A stretch of 64,000 nucleotides of DNA from NCBI GenBank assembly GCA_958414825.1, contig CATYXQ010000005.1:1882-65881 (forward strand), given 5' to 3'. The DNA comes from an uncultured Eubacteriales bacterium (GTDB lineage Bacteria > Bacillota > Clostridia > Oscillospirales > CAG-272). The position numbers and the translations under genes are program-made. Each line of letters opens with the position of its first letter. Within the stretch, counting starts at the first letter, position 1. Shown in pieces: positions 40,594-49,296 of the stretch. The notes under the pieces are model-generated. The model was not told the origin of the DNA. It saw nothing but the letters and a program-made list of their open reading frames with translations, and searched no databases.

Positions 40594-40629
40594 AAAAAAT
40601 GAGACGTCGTGCAAAGACGTCTCATTTTT
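40594..40629. terminator. bidirectional-looking intrinsic terminator
   Basis: AAAAATGAGACGTC-GTGCAAA-GACGTCTCATTTTT. Confidence 0.8.
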
Positions 40630-40668
40630 CATACATTCACGCTTCAAATCCCGATTCATTGCTTATGT

Positions 40669-42036
40669 CTACAGTTTATCCGCCTGTTTTCGCCTGTTTA
40701 ACACACGTTTCATGACCATAAGGTATACGATAACCGACACGGCGGGACCAAGCACATCGGATACGGGCTCAGCGTAAAATGCAGCTTTTGCGCCATACAT
40801 CGCGGGAAGAATGAACAACGCGGAAAAATACACAAGCTTGCGCCAAAAAGAAAGCGCAAGCGCAAAGCGCACCTGTCCAATCGCCGTAAATCCGTCCACA
40901 ACTTCATATTGCAGCCCCAACGGAAGCAACGACAGCGTACAAACGCGAACCGCCCACAAAGCGTTGCTTTCAACCATCGCATCACTCGTGAAAAGCCGAA
41001 CAAAGCCTCGTCCGCCTACCCATGCAAACGCAGTCATAAGCGCGGTATACGCAAGGCAAAGCAGAAAAATTTTTTGCTGTGCCTCATGTACACGCGCAGT
41101 CTGACGCGCACCGTAATTAAAACTTAATATTGTTTGCGTTCCGCCGCTGATTCCGCCGAGCGGCATCGTGACCACCAGCATAAAACTCTGCGCAATCGTC
41201 GCGCAAGTGACCAGCATATCGCCCTGCGCCGCTCCGCCGTACTCTTGCAAAACTGCATTCATGGCAATAATCATAATATTGTCCGCAGCGATAATCGCAA
41301 ACGGTGTAAAACCGATTGACAGTACCCGCCGCATTACATGCAAACTGTATGCGCCGAATGTGATCGGGATCGGCGGCTGTTTGCCAAACAGGAAAAAAAG
41401 CACAAAGCAGCAACTTGCAAGCTGCGACAAAACCGTGGCAATCGCCGCCCCCGCAACGCCCATATCCAGCGCAAAGATAAAAATCGGATCCAAAACAATG
41501 TTCAGCGCCGCGCCGAGCACGACCGCAAACATGGCTTTTTTGGCAAATCCCTGACAAATAATGAACTGACTTAGGCCCGTAGAAAGCAGAGCAAACAACG
41601 TTCCCGTAAGATAGATGGAAAAATATCGACTCGCAAAAGAAATGGTCGCATCGCTCGCCCCGAAAAACATCAGCATGTGCTCTCTGACGGGAAAGAAAAC
41701 GGCCATGAGCAACAACGAAAAAACACAAAGCATCAAAAAACAATTTGCCAAAATGATCTTTGCCTTTTTCAAATTGCCCTCGCCCATACGAATGCTCATC
41801 AATGTTCCGCCGCCGATCCCTATCAAGGACGACACAGAACCGATCATCGTAATGACAGGACCGCATACGCCAACGCCGGCCAGCGCAAGATCGCCCACAT
41901 CCGCTATGTTCCCTATGTACATGCGATCCACAACACTATACAAAACATTCACAAACTGCGCAAGCATACTCGGCAGCGCAATTCGCAGCACGAGTCTGCC
42001 TATCGGATCATTTCCAAGATCATTTTCCTGTCGCAT
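40669..42036 (-). CDS. MATE-family efflux transporter
   Basis: The internal ATG at 42036 (MRQENDLGNDPIGRLVLRIALPSMLAQFVN...) gives a 455-aa 12-TM MATE-like protein. The ORF-track start at 42099 is less likely. Confidence 0.85.
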   Translation of the reverse strand: MRQENDLGNDPIGRLVLRIALPSMLAQFVNVLYSVVDRMYIGNIADVGDLALAGVGVCGPVITMIGSVSSLIGIGGGTLMSIRMGEGNLKKAKIILANCFLMLCVFSLLLMAVFFPVREHMLMFFGASDATISFASRYFSIYLTGTLFALLSTGLSQFIICQGFAKKAMFAVVLGAALNIVLDPIFIFALDMGVAGAAIATVLSQLASCCFVLFFLFGKQPPIPITFGAYSLHVMRRVLSIGFTPFAIIAADNIMIIAMNAVLQEYGGAAQGDMLVTCATIAQSFMLVVTMPLGGISGGTQTILSFNYGARQTARVHEAQQKIFLLCLAYTALMTAFAWVGGRGFVRLFTSDAMVESNALWAVRVCTLSLLPLGLQYEVVDGFTAIGQVRFALALSFWRKLVYFSALFILPAMYGAKAAFYAEPVSDVLGPAVSVIVYLMVMKRVLNRRKQADKL

Positions 42037-42097
42037 TTTTGACCACTGACACTCCGTTACAGTATGTTTTATTTTGATTTTTTTAACCACACAAAAC

Positions 42098-42134
42098 AAA
42101 AGCCCTTGAAAACCTTATGTTTCCAAGGGCTTTT
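42098..42134 (-). terminator. hairpin downstream of tRNA-Ser(GGA)
   Basis: AAAAGCCCTTG, a loop, then CAAGGGCTTTT, flanked by A/T runs. Confidence 0.6.
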
Positions 42135-42139
42135 GTTTT

Positions 42140-42230
42140 TGGCGGAGAAGGAGAGATTCGAACTCTCGAACCCTGTTAGGGGTTACGCGATTTCCAGTCG
42201 CGCGCCCTCGACCAACTAGGCGACTTCTCC
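42140..42230 (-). tRNA. tRNA-Ser (anticodon GGA)
   Basis: The reverse complement is GGAGAAGTCGCCTAGTTGGTCGAGGGCGCGCGACTGGAAATCGCG...GGTTCGAATCTCTCCTTCTCCGCCA. The anticodon loop is CUGGAAA, a long variable arm is present, and CCA is encoded. Confidence 0.92.
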
Positions 42231-42253
42231 AAATCGCATTGGCATGCTTGTAT

Positions 42254-42282
42254 ATAATAGCATAACCCATTCTAAAAATCAA
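42254..42282 (-). promoter_or_regulatory. candidate promoter of tRNA-Ser(GGA)
   Basis: The minus strand reads TTGATT, a 17-nt spacer, then TATTAT, 23 nt upstream of the tRNA. Confidence 0.45.
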
Positions 42283-42302
42283 GTAGAATTTCAAATTTTT
42301 TA

Positions 42303-42331
42303 TTGAAAAACATTCCGAATTACAGTACAAT
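42303..42331 (+). promoter_or_regulatory. candidate promoter of the radical SAM gene
   Basis: TTGAAA, a 17-nt spacer, then TACAAT, 30 nt upstream of the ATG at 42361. Confidence 0.5.
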
Positions 42332-42360
42332 AGATTCAAATTTCCGTCAAGGAGCGCACT

Positions 42361-43326
42361 ATGAAACAAACGCAGCGTCAACAGAATCCTTTTCCCAACA
42401 CGGATTCTAACAAACGCTATTATACATATGATTATTACCTGCGCCAGACATTCGGCGGCAAATGCGTCAAAATCCCAATGGACATTGGTTGTACTTGTCC
42501 AAACATCGACGGCACACGCGGTCATGGCGGCTGTATTTACTGTTCCGGCCGCGGCAGCGGAGATTTTGCACCGCCCCCGACGCTATCTATACGCCGTCAA
42601 TACGAACTCGGATGTGAAAAGTTGTCCTCAAAATGGGAAACTGTGCGGACAATTCCCTATTTTCAGGCGCACACCAACACATACGCACCCGTAGCGTTTC
42701 TGCGTGAAAAATTCACCGAAGCGCTGGCGCTCCCCGGCACGGTCGGAATGAATATTGCCACTCGTGCGGACTGCCTCGGCGACGAGGTTCTCAATCTGCT
42801 GGCAGAACTGGCCGAAAAAACCGTACTGACCATAGAACTCGGCCTGCAAAGTGCGAATGATGAAACCGCCGCGAAAATTAATCGATGCCATACCTATGCA
42901 GAATTCTGCACCGGGTACGCGGCTCTGCGCGCCGCTTCTCCGAAAATTCAGATTTGCATACATTTGATTAACGGCTTGCCGGGCGAAGATGAATATGACA
43001 TGCTAAGTACAGTCCAAGCCGTCGCCGCACTGCATCCCGAACAGATCAAATTTCATCTTCTGCATGTACTGCGCGATACCGCTCTGGCAAAGTTGTATAT
43101 CAACGGCGACTATTCCCCTCTGACAAAAGACCGCTATGTCCGCATTTTGGCGCAACAACTGACGCTTCTGCCTCCCAGTATCGTCATCGGACGGGTAACC
43201 GGCGACGGAGCGCCCGATATGCTTTTGGCACCGCTTTGGAGCCGAAAAAAATTCGGCGTACTCAACGCACTGGATCAATATCTGTATACACAAAATCTAT
43301 GGCAGGGAAAAAACCACAAAGAATAA
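42361..43326 (+). CDS. TIGR01212-family radical SAM protein
   Basis: The 321-aa ORF has the unusual cluster motif CPNIDGTRGHGGCIYCS characteristic of the TIGR01212/YtqA group. Confidence 0.8.
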   Translation: MKQTQRQQNPFPNTDSNKRYYTYDYYLRQTFGGKCVKIPMDIGCTCPNIDGTRGHGGCIYCSGRGSGDFAPPPTLSIRRQYELGCEKLSSKWETVRTIPYFQAHTNTYAPVAFLREKFTEALALPGTVGMNIATRADCLGDEVLNLLAELAEKTVLTIELGLQSANDETAAKINRCHTYAEFCTGYAALRAASPKIQICIHLINGLPGEDEYDMLSTVQAVAALHPEQIKFHLLHVLRDTALAKLYINGDYSPLTKDRYVRILAQQLTLLPPSIVIGRVTGDGAPDMLLAPLWSRKKFGVLNALDQYLYTQNLWQGKNHKE

Positions 43327-43393
43327 TCGTCATTTTTCACAAAATTGCATTTTATTATTTTACGAATATACTGCAAAAAGTTCAAATAATGTA

Positions 43394-43423
43394 TTGAAAA
43401 GCCATTCTGTTTTGCTGTATAAT
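43394..43423 (+). promoter_or_regulatory. candidate promoter of the EF-G-like gene
   Basis: TTGAAA, an 18-nt spacer, then TATAAT, 33 nt upstream of the ATG at 43457. Confidence 0.5.
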
Positions 43424-43456
43424 AAAAATATAACTTGCAGAAAAGGAGCGAACAGA

Positions 43457-45523
43457 ATGGCGAACACAATAACCAAAAATATTCGAAACATAGCGCTTTT
43501 GGGGCATGGCTCAGCCGGAAAGACCTCTTTGGCAGAGGCAATGCTCTTTTACAAAAAGCTAACCGACCGACTTGGGAAAACAACCGACGGAAACACAGTG
43601 TGCGACTATGATCCTGAAGAGATCAAACGCGGTTTTACGCTTTCGGCTGCAATGATTCACTTTATACACAACGACATCAAAATCAACATCATCGATACGC
43701 CGGGTTATCTTGGCTTCAAGGGAGAGGCAAAGCAGGCGGTTCGGGTTGCGGATGCTGCGATCATCGTGGTAGACGGCCGTACCGGCGTTCAGGTCGGCAC
43801 GGATTTAGGCTGGGACTACGCAACCGAAGCCAAAATTCCGAAATCCTTTTTCATCAATCGCTTTGACGACGGCGAAGCGCGGTTCGCCAAAGTATTCTCG
43901 GCGCTGCGCGACCGATACGGCGTCGCAGTCTGTCCACTCTTTATTCCGATGATCGAGGGCGATCATGTCGGCGGATTTTTGAATTTGATTGACATGAAAG
44001 TCTATAAATACGACGACAAGGGAAATCTGTCTCACGGCGTAAGTATTCCCACAGACTTTGTCGGTACGGCGCACGAATACCGAAACATGCTGCTGGAGTC
44101 GATTGCCGAAACCAGCGAAGAATTGATGGAAAAATACTTTGCGGGCGAAGAAATCACACGTGACGAAGCTGTGGAAGCCATTCACCAAGGAATCATAAAC
44201 GGCGGAATCGTTCCGGTCATCTGCGGCTCTGCAGCCAAAGTTTGGGGCGTCGGTCCCCTGCTCGACGTGATTGCCGATTCTTTCCCTCGTCCGACCGCAC
44301 GCGGCACGGAACAATCTGTTGACGGAAGCGAAATTGCGATCGACAAGGACGGCGAACCGGCAATATTCGTATTTAAAACGATCGCCGATCCGTTTGTGGG
44401 AAAAATGACGTTTTTCAAAGTGATGAACGGAGAAGTTCGCCGAGACATGGTTTTAAAAAATGCGCGCGGCGGCGAAGAAAAACTAAATAAAATCTACACC
44501 ATGTGCGGAAAGAAGCAAACTGAAACCGACTCGCTCGCTTGCGGCGATATCGGCGTTACCGCAAAACTGAACGATACCAATACCAACGATACATTGAGCG
44601 CATCGGGTAAAATACAGTATGCACATGTGATTTCTCCGATTCCCTATATGGCCAAAGGCATTGTTCCGGTAGCCAAGGGCGATGAAGATAAAATTTCACA
44701 AGGGATCTCCAAACTCCTTGAAGAAGACCTTACGCTGCGCTTTGAAAACAACGCCGAAACCAAACAAATGCTGATCTACGGCCTCGGAGACATGCATCTT
44801 GACGTTACGGTCGCCCGGCTGAAGGCACGCTACGGCATATCCGTTGCGCTTGAAAAACAGCGGATTGCATATCGCGAAACGATCAAAAAGAAAGTTTCCG
44901 TCGAAGGCAAACATAAAAAGCAGTCCGGCGGGCACGGACAGTACGGTCATGTCAAAATTGAATTTTCTCCGAGCGACTCTGAGGGGCTGACCTTTACAGA
45001 AAGCATCTTCGGAGGCAGCGTACCGAAGAACTTTCATCCTGCCGTGCAGAAGGGGCTGGAGGAAGCCATGAAAAAAGGGGTTCTGGCCGGATTTCCGATG
45101 ATCGGACTGAAAGCAAACCTTTTTGACGGGTCATATCATGATGTAGACTCGTCCGAAATGGCGTTCAAAATGGCGGCTTCTCTTGCCTATAAAGAAGGCA
45201 TGAAACAGGCGGCTCCCGTATTAATGGAACCGGTAATGACGCTGAAAGTATATGTTCCGGACTCTATGGTAGGCGATATCATGGGAGACCTCAATAAACG
45301 GAGAGGGCGCGTACTCGGTATCAATCCGGATGAAAGCAAACACGGCTCCACTATTGTGGAAGCGGAAGCGCCGCAGGCAGAACTGCTGGAATATACGGTT
45401 GCGCTTCGCTCCATGACGCAGGGACGCGGGCGGTACGATATGACATTTGTCCGTTACGAGGAAGTACCGGCGCCGGTAGCCGAAAAGATTATTGCTGAAA
45501 ACAAGGGCAACCTTGAAGAATAA
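43457..45523 (+). CDS. elongation factor G paralog (EF-G-like translational GTPase)
   Basis: The ATG at 43457 follows AAAGGAG. It has G1 GHGSAGKTS, G3 DTPG, EF-G domains II-V and a domain IV tip (YHDVDSS). G4 reads NRFD instead of NKxD. Confidence 0.8.
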   Translation: MANTITKNIRNIALLGHGSAGKTSLAEAMLFYKKLTDRLGKTTDGNTVCDYDPEEIKRGFTLSAAMIHFIHNDIKINIIDTPGYLGFKGEAKQAVRVADAAIIVVDGRTGVQVGTDLGWDYATEAKIPKSFFINRFDDGEARFAKVFSALRDRYGVAVCPLFIPMIEGDHVGGFLNLIDMKVYKYDDKGNLSHGVSIPTDFVGTAHEYRNMLLESIAETSEELMEKYFAGEEITRDEAVEAIHQGIINGGIVPVICGSAAKVWGVGPLLDVIADSFPRPTARGTEQSVDGSEIAIDKDGEPAIFVFKTIADPFVGKMTFFKVMNGEVRRDMVLKNARGGEEKLNKIYTMCGKKQTETDSLACGDIGVTAKLNDTNTNDTLSASGKIQYAHVISPIPYMAKGIVPVAKGDEDKISQGISKLLEEDLTLRFENNAETKQMLIYGLGDMHLDVTVARLKARYGISVALEKQRIAYRETIKKKVSVEGKHKKQSGGHGQYGHVKIEFSPSDSEGLTFTESIFGGSVPKNFHPAVQKGLEEAMKKGVLAGFPMIGLKANLFDGSYHDVDSSEMAFKMAASLAYKEGMKQAAPVLMEPVMTLKVYVPDSMVGDIMGDLNKRRGRVLGINPDESKHGSTIVEAEAPQAELLEYTVALRSMTQGRGRYDMTFVRYEEVPAPVAEKIIAENKGNLEE

Positions 45524-45552
45524 GCAAATCTTTTACAGAATATATCAATTGG

Positions 45553-45595
45553 AAACCCGTCTGAGCGGCAGAATGCTTCTCAGACGGGTTTTTTT
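45553..45595 (+). terminator. intrinsic terminator
   Basis: AAACCCGTCTGAG, a loop, then CTCAGACGGGTTT plus TTTT. Confidence 0.85.
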
Positions 45596-45632
45596 CACTC
45601 TGCATAGATTTCCTCACTTATAACGGATCAAA

Positions 45633-45677
45633 AAAAGCATCCGGCAGACGGTATAAGCCCGTCTGCCGGATGCTTTT
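45633..45677 (-). terminator. intrinsic terminator of the small membrane-protein gene
   Basis: A 19-bp stem (AAAAGCATCCGGCAGACGG / CCGTCTGCCGGATGCTTTT) with a T-run on the minus strand. Confidence 0.8.
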
Positions 45678-45707
45678 CTATTACAATGTCTTGGGAGGAC
45701 AAAGCAA

Positions 45708-45986
45708 TCACTCTTCAAAATGCGCGACAAGTCCTGCAATCGCAATTACCGCGCAAACCGGAAGTCCGATATAAAACGGCACCGCGCCGAATTCCATACC
45801 GCCGATCAAACCAAGAGCCGCAACAAAACTGGCCACCGTTGCCACCGCGCGCAGATCCTGAGCGCGAACACGTGCAAAAGCCACCTCAAAAAAAGCACGA
45901 AGATAAAGCCAAATGAGTCTTATATGCGACCGGTTTGCCTTTGCGCTGACATTTCCTCTGTATGTATAAGCATTATATGTGTTCAT
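45708..45986 (-). CDS. small hypothetical membrane protein (92 aa)
   Basis: The ATG at 45986 follows GGAAGGA. The C-terminal half is hydrophobic (VATVASFVAALGLIGGMEFGAVPFYIGLPVCAVIAIAGLV). No family is recognised. Confidence 0.5.
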   Translation of the reverse strand: MNTYNAYTYRGNVSAKANRSHIRLIWLYLRAFFEVAFARVRAQDLRAVATVASFVAALGLIGGMEFGAVPFYIGLPVCAVIAIAGLVAHFEE

Positions 45987-46216
45987 TTTTATATCCTTCC
46001 TGCAATTTTGTTTGCCTTGTGTAAATATAATATCACCATTATTGGAAAATGTCAATACATTTTTTCAAATTTATTTCCTGTTATGAAATAATATTTTATC
46101 TGTTTAGAAAAAATATCAAAATATGTATTTACTTTTTGGAAAATGAATGTTATAATCGAATTAATAAAAAATATATTTTATTTTTTTATCTGAATTTGTA
46201 AAAAGGAGCATTGGCC

Positions 46217-46981
46217 ATGAACTTTTCCGAGCGCGTCAAAGCAATAAAAAAGGAAAAAGGAATCACAAATGAAATGCTGGCTGCCGCCAGCGGAATTCCT
46301 ACGGGAACCCTCGGGAAGCTGCTCTCCGGCTTTACAGAAGAACCGAAACTCTCCACCGCAGTCGCCATCGCAAGTGCGCTCGGATGTTCCCTCGAATATC
46401 TTGCCCTCGGACAGGACAGTCTCTGCCTTACCAAAGAGGAAAGCGCGCTGATTGAAAAACGTCGGACACTGGACACGCACGGCCTGCGTATATGTGACTA
46501 TATACTGGATGAAGAATATATGCGCTGTACTGCAAACGCGAGAAATGTTCGCGCGGAAATTCCCGAAACTATTTTCCGCAACCGCACAAAAGCCAAAAAC
46601 CGTGAGAAAACGCGAATCATTCCACTTTACGCAGACCGGGTTTCCGCTGGTACCGGCGTATACCTGGAATCGAGCAGTGCTTCCGCTATTCGGATTGCGG
46701 ATAATGAAAAAACGAAAGAAGCGGATTTCGCCCTGCGTGTATCCGGCAACTCTATGGAACCGCGCTTTTCCGACGGCGATATTTTACTGGTTCACAGCGC
46801 TGCTGCGATTGATCCGGGAGAACTCGGTATTTTTATCTGCGACGGCGAGGGATACTTTAAAAAATTCGGCGGCGACTGCCTGCTCTCTCTAAATCCGGAT
46901 TACGCGCCCATTCCGCTATCCGTTTTTACCGAATTCGCCTGCCGCGGTCACGTACTCGGCTCCCTGCGTACAAAAAAATAA
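46217..46981 (+). CDS. XRE-HTH / S24 peptidase repressor (phage CI / LexA-like fold)
   Basis: The ATG at 46217 lies 8 nt after GGAG. It has an N-terminal HTH (ERVKAIKKEKGITNEMLAAASGIPTGTLGKLLSG) and a C-terminal S24 domain with the catalytic Ser in SGNSMEP and the Lys in YFKKF. Confidence 0.8.
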   Translation: MNFSERVKAIKKEKGITNEMLAAASGIPTGTLGKLLSGFTEEPKLSTAVAIASALGCSLEYLALGQDSLCLTKEESALIEKRRTLDTHGLRICDYILDEEYMRCTANARNVRAEIPETIFRNRTKAKNREKTRIIPLYADRVSAGTGVYLESSSASAIRIADNEKTKEADFALRVSGNSMEPRFSDGDILLVHSAAAIDPGELGIFICDGEGYFKKFGGDCLLSLNPDYAPIPLSVFTEFACRGHVLGSLRTKK

Positions 46982-47122
46982 ATTTGCTTTGCTTTCCCAT
47001 ATTGCTTTTATCTCCTTGTAATGATATAATTGAACTTAATCTACATTTTTACCGTTTCGTCGTATATGGATACGCAGATCATTCGGTCAAATGCATTTTT
47101 TCTGTCATGAAAGGAGAATTTC

Positions 47123-47944
47123 ATGGTCACCATAGGCATCGACATTGGCGGCAGCACGACAAAAATTGTGGGCTTTTCCTCAAGAGACGATCATCGCCTG
47201 ATTGAACCGATTGCTGTAAAAGCCACGGATCCGATCACCTCGGTTTACGGAGCGTTTGGCAAATTTATCAATTTAAACAATCTGGAGCTTTCCGATATTG
47301 AAAAGGTTTCCATTACTGGCGTCGGATCCAAATACATTACCAAACCGCTTTATTCGCTCCCCTGTGAAAATGTTCCGGAATTTCGCTGTATCGGACTCGG
47401 CGGACTTTATCTTTCCGAACTGGACGAAGCGATTGTCGTCAGTATGGGGACCGGCACCGCCCTGGTTCATGCCCGCCGCGGAGGAGAGATTGAATATCTC
47501 GGCGGCACCGGCGTCGGCGGCGGAACTTTGATCGGCCTGTCCAAAAAATTGCTGAATATCGGCTCTGCCGAACATATTTCCGACTTAGCGAAAAACGGAA
47601 ATTTGGACAACATCGATTTGCGCATCAAAGATATTACCATGACCAGTTATGCGTTACCCGAAAATATGACCGCCGCCAATTTCGGAAAAGTCAGCGAATT
47701 TGCCGCAAAAGAAGATTTTGCGCTTGGACTAATCAATATGATTTTTGAAACGGTCGGAATGATGGCCGTATTCAACTCGCGTATGCATAAAACCAAAGAT
47801 ATTGTTCTGACTGGAAATTTGACGCAGATTCCGCAGGCAAACGGCATTTTCAACACACTCTCGCAAATGTTTGACGTCCGTTTTTTAATTCCTGACCGGG
47901 CTCAATATTCAACCGTTATCGGCGCTGCGCTTTGCGCGCTTTAA
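47123..47944 (+). CDS. coaW: type II pantothenate kinase-like (CoaW) ASKHA ATPase
   Basis: The 273-aa ORF has the phosphate-1 motif GIDIGGSTTKIVGF and a GTGVGGGTLIGL segment. Its size and pattern resemble staphylococcal-type PanK. The assignment is by recollection only. Confidence 0.55.
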   Translation: MVTIGIDIGGSTTKIVGFSSRDDHRLIEPIAVKATDPITSVYGAFGKFINLNNLELSDIEKVSITGVGSKYITKPLYSLPCENVPEFRCIGLGGLYLSELDEAIVVSMGTGTALVHARRGGEIEYLGGTGVGGGTLIGLSKKLLNIGSAEHISDLAKNGNLDNIDLRIKDITMTSYALPENMTAANFGKVSEFAAKEDFALGLINMIFETVGMMAVFNSRMHKTKDIVLTGNLTQIPQANGIFNTLSQMFDVRFLIPDRAQYSTVIGAALCAL

Positions 47945-47960
47945 GCTGTTTTAAAAAACA

Positions 47961-48674
47961 ATGAAACCGAAAATGATTTTGTTTGACTATGGCCAAACAC
48001 TGGTAGTCGAACCCCAATTTGATACAAAACTTGCAAACCTCGCAGTGTTGCAACATGCTTCCGGTCACACGGATCTGTCGCCGGAAGAAATTTGTGCATT
48101 TGCAGAAGAATTATTCGACCTGCTCTCCAAAAAGGTACGCGAAGATTGCAGAGAAATCGACAACCTGAAATTTCAGCGACTTTTATATGAATATCTTGGT
48201 CTTACGCTGGACATTTCCTATGAGGAAGCGGATCTGCTTTTTTGGGATACCGCTACACATGGTTCTTTTGCTTCACCCGGCGCTGAAGAGACGCTTTCCT
48301 ATCTGCATATGCACGGCATCCGCACCGGTGTAGTCAGTAATCTCTGCTTTTCGCAAAACTCATTGAAAACAAGAATTGATCGCTATCTTCCAAACAATCA
48401 TCTGGAATTTATTATCGCCAGTTCCAGTTATATTTTCCGAAAGCCTGAAACCATCTTGTTTGAAATCGCGCTTCGCCGTGCAAAACTCGAGGCAAAGGAC
48501 GTATGGTTCTGCGGCGACAATCCAACAGCGGATATTCTCGGCGCGCACAATGCCGGCATACATCCCGTATTGTACACCGGCGCGCATAAGCGTGATTTTC
48601 GTAATCTGCCGAAGCTTTCTTTTGATCAAATTGATTCTCTTACTGATTTGATTGCTCTGATCGAAAATACCTAA
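47961..48674 (+). CDS. HAD-superfamily hydrolase
   Basis: The 237-aa ORF has motif I-like ILFDYGQTL, motif II VVSN and motif IV CGDNPTADILGAHNAG. Confidence 0.7.
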   Translation: MKPKMILFDYGQTLVVEPQFDTKLANLAVLQHASGHTDLSPEEICAFAEELFDLLSKKVREDCREIDNLKFQRLLYEYLGLTLDISYEEADLLFWDTATHGSFASPGAEETLSYLHMHGIRTGVVSNLCFSQNSLKTRIDRYLPNNHLEFIIASSSYIFRKPETILFEIALRRAKLEAKDVWFCGDNPTADILGAHNAGIHPVLYTGAHKRDFRNLPKLSFDQIDSLTDLIALIENT

Positions 48675-48894
48675 TTCCCCTCTCTGAATATAGTATACCG
48701 CATCCCGTGTCCCATATGTGGGACTTGCGCCTCGCTTTGGAAAAAATTTTCCCCGACACTGCTATTTCAAAAAAGTTATACCTTCCGGCAAAAACAGAGG
48801 CTTTTGAAGGAGTGCCGAAAGCTCTGCCGACTACGTTCCTTTTTCCAGCTGCCTCTGTATTCTTATTACTTGTAAAACGATTTTTGGCTATACA

Positions 48895-48930
48895 AAAAAG
48901 AGCGAAAGCAATATTGCTTTCGCTCTTTTT
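48895..48930. terminator. bidirectional intrinsic terminator
   Basis: AAAAAGAGCGAAAGCAA-TA-TTGCTTTCGCTCTTTTT sits between convergent units. Confidence 0.85.
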
Positions 48931-48952
48931 ACAATATCTTACAAGTACCGGC

Positions 48953-49237
48953 TCAGGCAAGGGCACGTTCCAACCAGATCATTCCAACATCAAGCGCATC
49001 ATATAAACCTTTTTTCTCGCCTTGCTTAATGATTCGATCAGCAAAAGATTTTTTAGGATCCGTTGAAAGAATTTGAATGAGAACTTTATCCGGAATTTCC
49101 GTATCTGCAAACTTTTTATAAGACATAATCAGCATATATAAAATACACGAATCCGTCATATTACCATAGCAAATGGTATCATGCTCACGGACAAACGCTC
49201 GGCCCTTGTACTCAATATACTTTACATTGTCAGCCAT
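48953..49237 (-). CDS. hypothetical protein (94 aa)
   Basis: The ORF MADNVKYIEYKGRAFVREHDTICYGNMTD... lies downstream of cca in the same orientation. No family is recognised. Confidence 0.5.
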   Translation of the reverse strand: MADNVKYIEYKGRAFVREHDTICYGNMTDSCILYMLIMSYKKFADTEIPDKVLIQILSTDPKKSFADRIIKQGEKKGLYDALDVGMIWLERALA

Positions 49238-49296
49238 ACCGCAGTTACCTCCCTGTTTCTATACATATACTTACATCTATAATCATACTATAATTT

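Noticed and set aside
46000-46216. A LexA/SOS box upstream of the XRE-S24 repressor.
   Set aside because: No CGAAC-N4-GTTCG-like sequence is present. The protein has an XRE-type HTH rather than a LexA winged helix, so it is treated as a CI-like repressor.
48707-49006. A 99-aa ORF in the HAD/hypothetical intergenic region.
   Set aside because: It runs straight through a strong bidirectional terminator (48895-48930) and into the convergent gene. It has no RBS and reads as low-complexity sequence.
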